Of a DNA stretch of 55,325 nucleotides, positions 1 through 11,400 are shown one piece after another. A model generated the notes under the pieces. It had not been told where the DNA came from. It did not search any database and saw nothing but the letters and a program-made list of their open reading frames with translations. Origin of the DNA: a virus (lineage: Duplodnaviria; Caudoviricetes); the IMG/VR virus record IMGVR_UViG_3300017755_000007, positions 1-55,325 of that record; one strand, 5' to 3'. Position 1 is the first letter of the stretch; each line of letters opens with the position of its first letter. The position numbers were made by a program, and so were the translations under genes.

Positions 1-20
1 ACTTCTTTTGGATCAGTCAT
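1..20 (-). CDS. 5' end of a gene running off the left edge (MTDPKE...)
   Basis: ATG at 20-18 with GAGGA about 10 nt upstream and promoter motifs at 52-84. Only 6 codons are visible. Confidence 0.5.
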
Positions 21-51
21 TGCTGCAGTATCCTCGTGGTATAATTTTACT

Positions 52-58
52 TATTTAT
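52..58 (-). promoter_or_regulatory. T4-type late promoter core (ATAAATA)
   Basis: ATAAATA on the - strand in the gap upstream of the edge gene. The same motif precedes five other genes in the window. Confidence 0.6.
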
Positions 59-84
59 TGTACCATACTGATACAATTTGTCAA
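57..84 (-). promoter_or_regulatory. sigma70-type promoter, TTGACA-16 bp-TACAAT with extended -10 TG
   Basis: - strand reads TTGACA aattgtatcagtatgg TACAAT. Confidence 0.55.
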
Positions 85-88
85 TTGA

Positions 89-1735
89 TTAGCAATTCCA
101 CTTTCTTAGTGACTTCGACAGACGGTCATCTCCAGTGTTATTAGATGCTTTCTGTCTCTTTCTCATACCTTTCATTCTAGCGCAGAAGGATGCCCTGCGG
201 GGATTTCCAACCTTTGTGCTTGGTGCTTTGAGGTCAGATCCTGGATTTTCCTTTTCGTAAGACTTTCGTCCTTTTTCATTAAGTCCTCCTTCGGAGTTCT
301 TTCCTGACTTTTTTGTCCAGGCTGCTCCTTCATTTTGAACTTCCTCTGGAACGCAGTTGGGTACTAGTTTGCCACCTTTCTTTTTCATACCAACTTTCTT
401 ATATCCCTGCCAACACTTCTCTTGAAAGTCTTGAAGTGTCATTCCTTCAGACTTATTACCATAGTTAGCAGCACCTTTCTTACGGCACTGGACTAATCTA
501 CCACTAGCATATGCAGAAGGCCATACCTTTGCACTTGCTTTTACTTTCTTATAACAGGCATCTTTCTCACCCGCCTTTTCTACTACAGTTTCTTCTGTTT
601 TCTTCTTAGCATCTACCTTTTTGAGATACGAATCGAGTTGCTTCTGTTTGATTGCACGAATCATAGAAGAACGCTTACTAAGATATGCGGGTTTCTCACC
701 TTGGGTTTTTCTGATTGCCGTGATAGCAACATCACCCATACCTTCTGTTTTGTAGTCCTTACCAGTTTTAATTTTATCCATCATAGAAGCAGCACCATAC
801 TTATCCTGCTTATGGCGAATCATACGCTTATAACGATCAAACTTATCATTACCTTTCTTGTCACGCATATCCTTTTCTAGGATAGTTTCCTCTTTCTTGA
901 TACCAGCAACACGATCAAGTGCATTACCAATTGCTCTGCCGATCTTGTCGCGCTTGCGCTCTTTGGGTTTTGGAGCAGTAGTAGATTTGGGTTTCTGACG
1001 TTTGGCATAATCATAATAAGACTCACCCTTTTTCAGTTTCTTAGGGTCTGCCTTAGGTTTTGCTGCATCAGCACGATCTTCACGGGCACGGGCATTAGCA
1101 CCAGGACCACCCAACTTACGATCCTTCTCAGGATCTGGATGCCAAGTATCTGCACGCTCGGAAACATTCATTTTCTTAAGGTGTTTTTTGATACGCTCAG
1201 ACTGACCTTTATGCATCTTAGATGCACCGTCAAGTTCTTTAGACATCTTTTTAAGGTCGAGATCTTCTGTCTTCACGTTTTTTGCCTTCCCTTTACGATC
1301 TGGATTTGGATCTTCAGCATTTTTGCGACGGAATGCTGCTTCCTCTTCGCCTTTATTTAGGTTTCTTTTCATCTTACTAGACCCACATTTAGGTTTAGTA
1401 GTCTGACCAGGTTGTTTTGCACAAGGTTTTCCTGCATACTTACCACCAAGTTGTACCCAACCAGGTGTTCCATCAGATGATTTACTCTTACCAAACCAGT
1501 CACGAAGAGAATTATCTCCAGACTTATTTGCTTCTCCGAATACATCTTTATATGTTGGTGGCATTTTAGACATCTCTCCCATAGCCATCTTGTTTGCAGT
1601 CTTATGCATCACCTCTTTGGAGCGACTTCCATAGAGTTTATTCCACCTATTCTTACCCTTCATCATACCTCTAATGTATTTCTTAGCGGTGCCATTAAGG
1701 GCAGGTGGAACATCTGATGCAAAACCTTGTGCCAT
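89..1735 (-). CDS. Highly basic modular protein, 548 aa; putative internal head polyprotein
   Basis: Lys/Arg-rich modules (SLRDWF..GWV..GKPC..PKC; KDACYKKVK..WPSAYASG..C; CWQGY..PNCV; AAWT..GGLN..SFCARM..WNC) separated by Glu-terminated linkers. Lies downstream of g16. Confidence 0.85.
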   Translation of the reverse strand: MAQGFASDVPPALNGTAKKYIRGMMKGKNRWNKLYGSRSKEVMHKTANKMAMGEMSKMPPTYKDVFGEANKSGDNSLRDWFGKSKSSDGTPGWVQLGGKYAGKPCAKQPGQTTKPKCGSSKMKRNLNKGEEEAAFRRKNAEDPNPDRKGKAKNVKTEDLDLKKMSKELDGASKMHKGQSERIKKHLKKMNVSERADTWHPDPEKDRKLGGPGANARAREDRADAAKPKADPKKLKKGESYYDYAKRQKPKSTTAPKPKERKRDKIGRAIGNALDRVAGIKKEETILEKDMRDKKGNDKFDRYKRMIRHKQDKYGAASMMDKIKTGKDYKTEGMGDVAITAIRKTQGEKPAYLSKRSSMIRAIKQKQLDSYLKKVDAKKKTEETVVEKAGEKDACYKKVKASAKVWPSAYASGRLVQCRKKGAANYGNKSEGMTLQDFQEKCWQGYKKVGMKKKGGKLVPNCVPEEVQNEGAAWTKKSGKNSEGGLNEKGRKSYEKENPGSDLKAPSTKVGNPRRASFCARMKGMRKRQKASNNTGDDRLSKSLRKWNC

Positions 1736-1736
1736 A

Positions 1737-2273
1737 TCAACCGCCTACAACTTGAACTTCTTCAACAACAATTGCATTGCCAGTTGCAGCAATACTTACA
1801 CAACGCTTGACGATTGCCTGAGGACCACTGTAAGCATAGGTATAATCTGCAGATGCAGCAGAAGAATCAATATCGGTGCTAATAAAGTTTGGACGTACAG
1901 CAGTGACTTTCTTACCCGCTGTTCCTGCAGACAGGAAAGCAGCATTGATTCCAGGAGATGTACTATCATCTTCTACAGCAATGAAGTCGTCTACTGAGAA
2001 TGGGTGAGTATTAACAGTTTCTCCAAGATTAGTTCCGAGTTGATAATCTGCAGTGGAATCATCGACACCCTTTACAATTCTTGCTTGACCAGGTTTACCA
2101 CCCTTAAGTAGAAGTGCTTGGTCTTGAATAAGAGTGATTGCAGGACCACCATTGAATGCAACTGTGGCATCACCTGCAGTTGCAACTACACGATAATATC
2201 CAGTCTGAACAACTTGATATTCGGTAGCGTCAGCAGCAATTGCATTGGTGCTTAAAACATTTAATACTGTCAT
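1737..2273 (-). CDS. Hypothetical beta-rich protein, 178 aa, probably virion-associated
   Basis: Intact ORF tightly packed between g16 and the 548-aa gene, with a late promoter just upstream. Confidence 0.8.
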   Translation of the reverse strand: MTVLNVLSTNAIAADATEYQVVQTGYYRVVATAGDATVAFNGGPAITLIQDQALLLKGGKPGQARIVKGVDDSTADYQLGTNLGETVNTHPFSVDDFIAVEDDSTSPGINAAFLSAGTAGKKVTAVRPNFISTDIDSSAASADYTYAYSGPQAIVKRCVSIAATGNAIVVEEVQVVGG

Positions 2274-2279
2274 GTCGTG

Positions 2280-2711
2280 TTATTTCGTGTCAATATTATT
2301 TATCTCCTTTTGCTTCTTTAACATTTTTTGGAGATCCGCAGTACTGCCAATAAACATCGTGTTATTAACAGTAGACGGTCCCGACTTTTTATCCTCTGCA
2401 TCTAAATCCTTCATCTTCTTTTGTAAATCAATCAACTTATCAGCAGTATCAGCTACGCTTTTAATTGTTGTTGCAGCAACTTCATAAGCACGAGGATGAT
2501 CTGACGCTCGTGCCACATCAAGTATTCCATCTACTGCCTCCTGCCCTTTCATTACTAACATATGCAATGCAGCACGAGTAGTCTCATAGTCTTGCTTTAC
2601 ATCTTGTGTATCAGATTTTTTAAGTTCGGGTTTCACTTTTTCCACATGCTTTTGGAGTTCAGTAGGTTCTGCTCCAAAAGCATCATTTAGTCCATCAAAA
2701 GGATTGCCCAT
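2280..2711 (-). CDS. g16: Terminase small subunit (T4 gp16-like)
   Basis: DYE..R..L, HPRAYEV and NNTMFIGSTADLQK motifs. Immediately follows g15 as in T4. Confidence 0.93.
   Translation of the reverse strand: MGNPFDGLNDAFGAEPTELQKHVEKVKPELKKSDTQDVKQDYETTRAALHMLVMKGQEAVDGILDVARASDHPRAYEVAATTIKSVADTADKLIDLQKKMKDLDAEDKKSGPSTVNNTMFIGSTADLQKMLKKQKEINNIDTK
2297..2303 (-). promoter_or_regulatory. T4-type late promoter core (ATAAATA)
   Basis: gATAAATAa inside the 3' end of g16, about 24 nt upstream of the 178-aa start. Confidence 0.55.
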
Positions 2712-2713
2712 AA

Positions 2714-3499
2714 TTAAATATCCTCATCAGCCCCACTTATGGGATTACGTTTTTTGTTATCGGTAAAGTCTTCATCAACAATACCAAATCCAAAATCATC
2801 ATCAGCATCTGCTGAGATAGGGTTTGGTTGAATGGTATAACGTACTTCTCTGGGTGCAGAAGAAGTATTTGTATCTGTGTACATATCGGTGATGACCTTT
2901 TTGATGGTCTTGCTTTCTGTAACAGGACCGTATAGGTATGTTTTTACAGTAAACTGTAGAGTATAAATGATTGCTCTACGAGTAACAAAATCTCCCTCAT
3001 AAGTATCGTCATAATCGACACTATTCAAAACTACAGGAACATCCTTTGTCTCATCAACTTCCGAAAGTAACTTAACTGCTAGATTATAATGTGGTTGAAA
3101 AATAGGAAGAATTTGCTCAAGAATCTGAAGACCATCTTCTTGATTCTTAGAAATAATTGCTAATTCAAATGAAAGATTATAGGGAACTGGCATGAAAACA
3201 CTCTTGTTCTCATCAGTATCTTTAGCAAATTTAATTTTTTGGGTTGGTGATACCTTTCTAGAGGAATCGTAAGTAATACCATTAATCTCAAAAGAGATTC
3301 TAGGAACAGTAATCTGAGTTCTTTTGTTTGTAGGGTCAGGATTTTGATCGAGACGTGCTAAAAACTTTTGTTTTGGACCATATGCCAAAGGAACCTTCAT
3401 CACTTCAGTAGAGCGACGAAGTTCAATATTATTAAACATCGTGCCAAACGCCACGATAGTCTTTCTAAAAATTTCGTGATATGAATATGTGCCTAACAT
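2714..3499 (-). CDS. g15: Tail sheath stabilizer / tail terminator (T4 gp15-like)
   Basis: FGTMFNNI, VPLAYGPKQKF, PRISFE, PVPYN, QILEQILP.FQP and YLYGP motifs; synteny. Confidence 0.95.
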   Translation of the reverse strand: MLGTYSYHEIFRKTIVAFGTMFNNIELRRSTEVMKVPLAYGPKQKFLARLDQNPDPTNKRTQITVPRISFEINGITYDSSRKVSPTQKIKFAKDTDENKSVFMPVPYNLSFELAIISKNQEDGLQILEQILPIFQPHYNLAVKLLSEVDETKDVPVVLNSVDYDDTYEGDFVTRRAIIYTLQFTVKTYLYGPVTESKTIKKVITDMYTDTNTSSAPREVRYTIQPNPISADADDDFGFGIVDEDFTDNKKRNPISGADEDI

Positions 3500-4671
3500 C
3501 AGATTGTAGTATCAGTAATGGACCCAACAGTACCGAAAGGATTGCCTTCGGTGAAATCTATAATATCGTCATCAGCAGTTTCAAAACTATAGTTCTGGTC
3601 AATGCTATCAGCGGTATTAGTATTATTTAGAGTGTTATAGGATTCAGGACTCCAGAGAGCACCTGATGTCAATCCCTTAATTGTTTCTGAAGTATTAAAG
3701 GTTCCTGTTCTATTAATGACTTGGAGTTCTCTTGCAGAACTATTCCAGGACTTGACTTCTGCTCTACTGTCTTTAGGGGAGTAATCAATTGTGACAGTAG
3801 GAACACTAGTATAACCTGTACCGCCAGATGTGATAGTAGCACCAGTGACAATACCAGCACTAGAAATCGTAGCAGTCGCTGTAGCACCACTTCCACCACC
3901 TCCTGTGATTGTAATTGTTGGTGGCAGAGCAGACTTATAGTGCTCACCACCATCTGTAATTGTTATTGCGTTTACTGCCCCCGAATCAATCGTTGCAGTT
4001 GCAGCAGCAAGATATAAGTCACCGACAATTTCTTCACCAACTGTAAAGTCGCCAGATCCACCAGCATCCATTACTAGTTTGATAGAATTGGCGAAGGCAG
4101 TTTCGATAGCATCAATCTCGGCAACACCAGTATCAATTTTTTCGTCACTATACTCAAAGAGTTCGCATTGACATTCCCAAACATAACCTTTACCCAATTG
4201 ATAAAAGGGTTTTTCTGCTTCTACAAACTTAATCTCAAATAAATGTTTTGTTGTTGGAAACCAAATAAGATCTCCCTCATTAGGACGACCCTCTACATTT
4301 AAAGCGGCGTTATCATCTACCTTCTCAGTAAATTTAGTTCGCGAGAAAATAAACGTAGTCTTATCTTCAATACGAACACCAAACTTACTCAGAAGTTCTC
4401 CCTGACCTTCCCATCCTTCCACATTGTTGACATATGCTCTAACAGAAAGTGCTTGTGTAAAGTTACTACTTTCTACTTCTTGAAAGATTGTATCTTTATT
4501 AACATATGTTCTGGGTAGATAATAAATGTCTTGTCCATAGAGTTCAATACTCTCATTAATGAGATTGCCCATAAACATTTGTTCCTGGGAAGAACCATTT
4601 AGATTTAGTCGGCAACTACTTGTATAGTCCGACTGAATACAATTTTCTGGGGGATCGTTTCTATAAGTCAT
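3499..4671 (-). CDS. g14: Neck protein (T4 gp14-like) with C-terminal insertions
   Basis: ESIELYG..YYLPR, RPNEGDLIWFP, FEIKFVE..PFYQLGK and C-terminal DF.E.NPFG motifs. Confidence 0.93.
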   Translation of the reverse strand: MTYRNDPPENCIQSDYTSSCRLNLNGSSQEQMFMGNLINESIELYGQDIYYLPRTYVNKDTIFQEVESSNFTQALSVRAYVNNVEGWEGQGELLSKFGVRIEDKTTFIFSRTKFTEKVDDNAALNVEGRPNEGDLIWFPTTKHLFEIKFVEAEKPFYQLGKGYVWECQCELFEYSDEKIDTGVAEIDAIETAFANSIKLVMDAGGSGDFTVGEEIVGDLYLAAATATIDSGAVNAITITDGGEHYKSALPPTITITGGGGSGATATATISSAGIVTGATITSGGTGYTSVPTVTIDYSPKDSRAEVKSWNSSARELQVINRTGTFNTSETIKGLTSGALWSPESYNTLNNTNTADSIDQNYSFETADDDIIDFTEGNPFGTVGSITDTTI

Positions 4672-4672
4672 T

Positions 4673-5479
4673 TTAACCGATTAAATCCATAGGGGGAATT
4701 TCATAATCCTTACGAACACCTTCTTCGAGATCTTTCTTAAACTGACTCGCATCTTCAAGAATCTGGCGACCATTGAGAGTCACACCACCAAGCATTTGAA
4801 TGCCATCATACTTACTGAGGTTGCGACCCCATTGCTGTTGAAATAATGCCTCAACATAATCCTTCAACCAAGCATCATTGTACATGCCAGTATAAGTATC
4901 AGGATCTTGACGCATGATTGTTTCAACAACAATCTGGTCACCAGATTGAAGATCTTCCCAACCCATATCTAAATAAAGTCTTCCTTGATGCTCATTAAAT
5001 CTAACTCTACGATTTGCTTGAGAGTTGGTGACCCAATCCAAAGTTTCAAGATATTGAGATGTCATAAAGTAATGTAAAATTTGTCCATGAGTCATGGAGT
5101 AAATATCATTCAAAAAGATTTGATATTTAATATTGAACATGTTTCCAGGAACAATACTAGAAGCACCGACAGAAGTATATACGTGATTGACACCTAGTAC
5201 ACCAGGAGGAAGGGAAACAAACTCTTGCCCCTCATACCATGCAGTTGATCCTAGTTGCGATGATGTTCTAGCAGCAGTCTTAATAGCATCAGTAACTTCA
5301 ATTCTAACAAATGCAGTATAACTTCCATTGAAATGAAACTCTTGATAGTAATCAATTGCTTCTTCAATCAGGTCATCTAGTTGCTCATCACACACGTTAA
5401 TGTCGATGGCAGGAAAACCTAATCTACGAAGAGCGTAGTTTTTTAACTCTGTTTTAGTAGCGGGTCTTGTGGCGGACAT
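4673..5479 (-). CDS. g13: Neck protein (T4 gp13-like)
   Basis: LRRLG.P.I.INV..EQ, WLKDY..AL, QWG.NL.KY.G.Q..GGVTLNG motifs. Confidence 0.95.
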   Translation of the reverse strand: MSATRPATKTELKNYALRRLGFPAIDINVCDEQLDDLIEEAIDYYQEFHFNGSYTAFVRIEVTDAIKTAARTSSQLGSTAWYEGQEFVSLPPGVLGVNHVYTSVGASSIVPGNMFNIKYQIFLNDIYSMTHGQILHYFMTSQYLETLDWVTNSQANRRVRFNEHQGRLYLDMGWEDLQSGDQIVVETIMRQDPDTYTGMYNDAWLKDYVEALFQQQWGRNLSKYDGIQMLGGVTLNGRQILEDASQFKKDLEEGVRKDYEIPPMDLIG

Positions 5480-5485
5480 TTGTTA

Positions 5486-8400
5486 TCAAGCGAACGATTG
5501 GACAGTTAAAGTAGTAACATCATTTGCACTGACGACTTCTCCAACTTTGAAGAATCCATCAACAGTATCAACGGTAATTGCACTAGCAGCAAGACCAGTG
5601 ATAACACCTGTGGTGCCACTGGTAGCACCTGTCACAGTTGCACCAACTTCCATTGTAGTAACGTCGGTCAGTTGCAGAGTTGCATTAGTGGCAACAGTAG
5701 CAACATCAACTGAACCACCTGCAGCAGGGTTGAGACCGTCCGCTCCAGTGGGTTGAACAATAGTGATTGTCTCACCAGCAACATATCCAGTACCACCGTC
5801 GTTAATAGTAACGTTAGTGATTGCACCAGCAGAGGCAGTGATGTTAACAGTCAGTGAAGCAGAACCAGATCCACCTGTTGTTGCCAGAGCAGTTCCTGTG
5901 ACATAGTTAGAACCGCCTGCAAGAGATGCTAGGTTCAGTGACAACACTTTACCAGCATTAGCGTTGGTGACTGTTACAGTCTCATTGACAAGGAAACCAG
6001 AACCACCTGCATTAACTGCAGCAGCAGTGATTACACCACCAACAACAGTAGTATTAACTGTTAGTGAAGTACCTGTACCACCTGTTGTTGCAACCGCAGT
6101 TCCTGCAGTAAATCCACCACCACCACCATTTGTGACGGAAGTGGTAACAGCAGCACCAGGTGTAGGATCACCAGAGAGGTTCAATGTCAGAGTAGTAGTA
6201 GTTGCAAGATTAGTGAGCATTGCTTGTAGTTGAGCGAATGCATTATCCAGTTTTGTCTGTACTCTTGCCTCGGTATAATATTGATTAGTTCCTTCTGAAA
6301 GATCTGAAGTCGACTTGCTGGAAAGATCTAGATTTGCACCAGTCTGTAGATTTACTCTTGCATCAGCACGAGCACTTGTGTGATAGAGATTGGTAGAACC
6401 TTCACTCAGATCATCAGTGTCTGCTGCAGCAATCCTTGCATCTGCTCTAGCGTCTGTGTAGTAGAGGTTAGTACCTTCTGCCAAATTAGCAGTATTCTTA
6501 CCCGCGAGACTTGCATCAAAGCGTGCCTCAGTGTAGAAGATATTCGTAGAACCTTCAGTTACATTATCGGTATTGATGTCTGCCTGAGTGACACTCAGAG
6601 CGCCTGAACCATCGTGCTCAATACCTGTGCCGTATGTGAAGTGTGTGCGGGTCCTAGCAGCGGTTGTAAAGAGATTTGTGGAACCTTCGGTTACATTGTC
6701 GGTATTAACGTCTGCCTGCGTTACAGAGAGTGTGTAGGTGCCTGCAGTGTCATCATATACCTTAGTAATACCAGTGCTAGCAACAAACAGTGCATCAATT
6801 CTATCATCAACACGCTCGTTAGTGAAGTATAGATTAGATCCTTCGGAGAGATCTCCAGTATCATGATTACTAATATCAGATACTTGACCAGTAACATTAC
6901 CAACTAATGCTGCAGTAATAATTCCAGCGGCAAAGTCACCCGATCCGTCACGAAGGACAAGGTTGTTGGCAGCATTATTAGCAGAAGAGGCAACATTAAT
7001 AGTAGTATTACCAGAAACGCCATCAGCGTTTGTTAGTGTAATACCAGAAGATGCTGTAACAGCAAGCGTGCGTTGTGCATAGGTATTTGCAGCAGTCCTT
7101 ACAACATAACCAGTACCTGACATTGCAGCAAGTGCAGTAATGTCTGGATCATTATAAGTCGTAGTGATTGTTACTGCTGCAGATCCATCGAAAGATACAT
7201 TACCATCAACAACACCGTCAATTGTGATGACTCTTGCTGTTCTCAGTGCATCTGCTGATGTAGCATTACCTTGAATACCTGCAACAGCACCAATACCGTT
7301 ATTAACTGTGATTTGATTCGCAGCAAAGTCCGCATTAGAGTCACGAGCAACAACAGTAGTTGCAGTTGCTGTAGAAGCAGTTGTCATGCTGTCCAGAAGG
7401 TCAGCATTGAGGTTGTTAATCTTAGTCGTGTTGGGAATAACCAGAGCAGCACCAGAAGCAACCTGGGAGATGATTTGACCATCTACAGTCAGAGTGCCGT
7501 CAATGTTGGCGTTAGCATCAACATCGAGTGATGTACCAGAACCAGTAAGATTCAGACTGCCAGCACGAAGTTGTCCATCAGTACCAGAAAGAACTTCTGA
7601 TGAATTAGTCGCGTCTGTTACGAATGCGAATTGGTTGGCGGATCTATCGTATCCGAAGAAACCAATTTTCGCAGAGCCGTCGTAATAACGGAATTCAACA
7701 CCACGATCCTTAGCGTCGTTAGACGTTGGTGCTGTGTCACCACCCACAGTAATAATAGGGTCATCGATAGTTGTGACCGTAGAATTGACAGTAGTGGTCG
7801 TTCCATTGATAGTAAGGTTTCCAGTAACAGTAAGGTTAGACTCAGCAGTTACATCACCACCAATGTCTAGAGTTCCACGAATATCTGTATTGCCGTTATC
7901 GGTATCTACAGTAAACTTGTTCGCAGCAGATGCATTTTGAATAGCAAATGTTTTGTTATCTGCAGTGATAGTAACATCATCATGAGTTACTAAAGCACCA
8001 GAGATGTCTGCACTATTATTAAGATCAAGAGTACCCGTCAGTTCAGTGTTGCCATAGACTCTTGCAGCACCACCAACAGCAAGATTTCTAGCAATGCCAG
8101 CACCACCAGACAATCGGAATGCGCCGTCTGCACCGTAAGTGCCAGTCAGAGTTTGCTCGGTATTTCTAGTAAAGGTTACAACATCAGATACACCCAAGGT
8201 GTCATTAACCTGAGTTGCATCACCAACGGTCAATGTACCGATAATATTTGTGTTGCCATTGTCTGCATCAACACCAAACTTCTCAACAGCAGATCCGTTT
8301 CTGACAGAGAAGACTTCATTAGCAGCATCAACAATCAGTGAATCATTGATAGTTGTTTGACCTTGAACAACCAGTGTGCCGTCAGTTGCAATGTTACCTG

Positions 8401-11400
8401 AAGAAGAGGCAACGGTCATCTTATCTGTGCTACCACTTCTAACAGCGAAGTTAGCATCAACATCAACAGTATTATTAAACTCGGTTGTGCCAGTAACTGT
8501 TAGTTGAGCACCAAGTGTGACATTGTTATCAACATTGAGAGTTGAGTTTAACTCAGTGTGACCATCAACAGTCAGTGTGCCTTCAATGTTTGTATCGCCT
8601 GAGGTAGCAGCAACAAAGAATTTATCCGTTGTGCCGTTTCTGACAGCAAAGTCACCGTCTTGATCAAGAGTGCCATTGAAGTTTACATTATCATTAACCG
8701 TTAGTGTGCCTTCAATTGTTGTATCACCAGTTGCACCAATAACACTAAACTTCTCAGTGTCACCACTGTTTAGTTTACCAACAGAGAATCTTTCATTAGA
8801 TCCAGTAGCACCAACATACAGGGACTTCATAATACCTGCACCACCATGTGCTTTCACGGTAGAGAAGTTATGAGATGCGTAGGAAGGACTTGCCTGATAA
8901 GTGTCACCGAAACGACCTCTATACCTAACTCTCAACCAGTTAAGTCTAGATTCAGTCTCTGTCGCACTATCCTTAACTTCAATAGCACCGTTAACATGGA
9001 GTGTGCCATCGATTAGAGCAGATCCTGCAACATACGCACCACCATCAACTTTCAGAGAACCATAGTCATTAGACTGAATCTCCCACTCACCAGTGCTGCC
9101 ATTCTTAGCAGTGGTAATATCGTTTGTGCTTTCAGAGTGAATGTTACCAGCGATTGCAACATCACCATTAGCATCAATATTATTAGTGAAGGTTGCAACG
9201 TCTGTGACACCCAATGTGCCAGCAATAGTTGTATTGCCAGAAGCAGCAACAACATTAAACTTGTTAGTATTGACATTGAGGTTTCCAGTTACATCTAGAA
9301 TACCAGCAAGAGACCCATTACCAGTTGTGGATTGGAATTCAATCTTAGTTGTACCACTACCATTATTCAGTTGTAAAGTCTTAGAAGCACCTTGGATGAC
9401 CATATTGTCATCGAAGCGAGAGGTGCTATGAACACGTAATGTGCTGTCAACATCTAACAAATCACCAATATTAACTGCACCAGTGATTCCAACACCACCA
9501 GCAACAACCAGATCACCAGTAGTATTAGTTGTAGATGCAGTGCCTGTTGTAAGTTTTAAATTACCCGCAATAATACCAGAATCAGTACCACTAAAGACCT
9601 CAGAAGTATTTGTAGCAGCGTGAAGGAAACGATATCCACCCGCATGAGCAGCTAAATCTGAATAATTAGTATCCCAACCAAAGAAACCTAAGCGTGCTTG
9701 AGTATCATAATAGTTAAATTCAATACCACGATCTAGGTTGTCATCAGTTGTAGGGACAGTATCACCACCAAGTAGAATGGTGACATCATCAACAGTCAGT
9801 TGTGTAGAGTTGACTGTAGTTGTAGTACCATCAATCTGAAGATTGCCATGAATACGAACAAGACCAGTTACTGCACGATCATCACCTGGATCAAGATGCA
9901 TAGTTGCATCAGTAGTACCAAGGTAGTTTGTCTGGAATCTATAATCTTCTACATGAACTTTACCTGCTGCTTCTGACGCACTAATCTGTACAGTATCTTC
10001 AGCAGTAATAATAATGTTGCTAGTTCCAGCACCAGCATTAGTTGTCAGAATATTAAAGTTTCTATTTGTATCTGTATTCTGAGTTAACTGGAAGGTAAGG
10101 TTACCATCGCCAGTTTTATCCAGTGTTTGATTAACATCGCCGTCAAGAGTAATGTCAGGGTCAGAGAAATACGACCGTACATTAATATCAAGTTCGCCAG
10201 CTCCGCTGTCCCCCGTATTATTAGCGCCAATGAGTAGATTACCGCTCGTATCATTAACTTTAATATAGTTAAGATAATTGAATCCTCTGTATCCAGTGGT
10301 TGCAGTAAGTTCTTGATCAAGTTCAAAATCTTCTTTTGTATTTCCATCAGCAAAAGAAACTCTATTATTCTGTAATTGTGTGTTATCGACACCAACAGCA
10401 GCAATAGTTACATGACCGTTGGCATCAACATCAAAATCTTCTTGTGCGAAAGAAGCAAGTCCTTTCTGTTCAACTGTTGCAGCACCGAGATATCTCCAAG
10501 CACCAGCATCTGAAGCATCAGTATGAGTTGGAGCACCTTGTCCTGCAGCAATACTAGCGATTGCTTGATATACTCCAGTGCTTTCTTCAATAATATCATA
10601 TCTTGCATACGTTGTACCTCCTGCATATGCCGCATACTTACTACCCTCGGTAGCAGTAGCAATAGGTACGTTTGTTGCACTTGTTAGTCTACCATATCCA
10701 TCTACTGTAAATTTGACCGCATTTACAGTTTCTGTACCAAATGGTTCTGAGTTAGATCCAGTACCAGAAACTGATGTTAGTGATTCTGTATTATAATTAC
10801 CAAGAACAACAGGAGTAACAATAAGATCGATGGTGGGATTTCCACTAATACCACCACCATCATTAACGGCAATTCTAGTTGCTGTACCAGTAATGGTACG
10901 AGTTGCCATCGTATTAGTAGCAGTTCTACTAATTAATCCACTTGTTGTAAGATTCGCAATTGCCTGTAAGTCATTATCAAATGGTTGAGCACCAGTTCCT
11001 TCAATACTCGTATTTAAACCATAGTCAGCAAGAGTTGTTGGATTAGAAGCATTAGTAATTCTACCTTTAGCATCTACAGTAACCTTAGTATAAGTTGCAC
11101 TAGATGTTGCTGTATTATCATGATGAGGAAGAGTTGAAATTAAATCTAATGTAGATGTAATTTGAATATTTTGTGATCCGTCAAAAATTTGAGATCCAAC
11201 AATATCTCCAGTCAACTGGATTTGTCTAGAAGAAGCAAGTCTAGAAGAGGTAGCAGCGTTACCAATAAGGGTTGCTGTAATCGTACCTGCTGAGAAATTT
11301 CCATCAGCATCTCTTTGAACAAGAGTATTTGCTGTGTTTGATACCGACTCAATCGGTCGTTCATATCTTAAGGTGTTCCAAGCTGTTACACCGTCACCAA

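Noticed and set aside
6250-6860. CRISPR-like or DNA tandem array
   Set aside because: The repeats are degenerate at synonymous positions and in frame, so they are protein repeats. The same applies to the FG-GAP regions.
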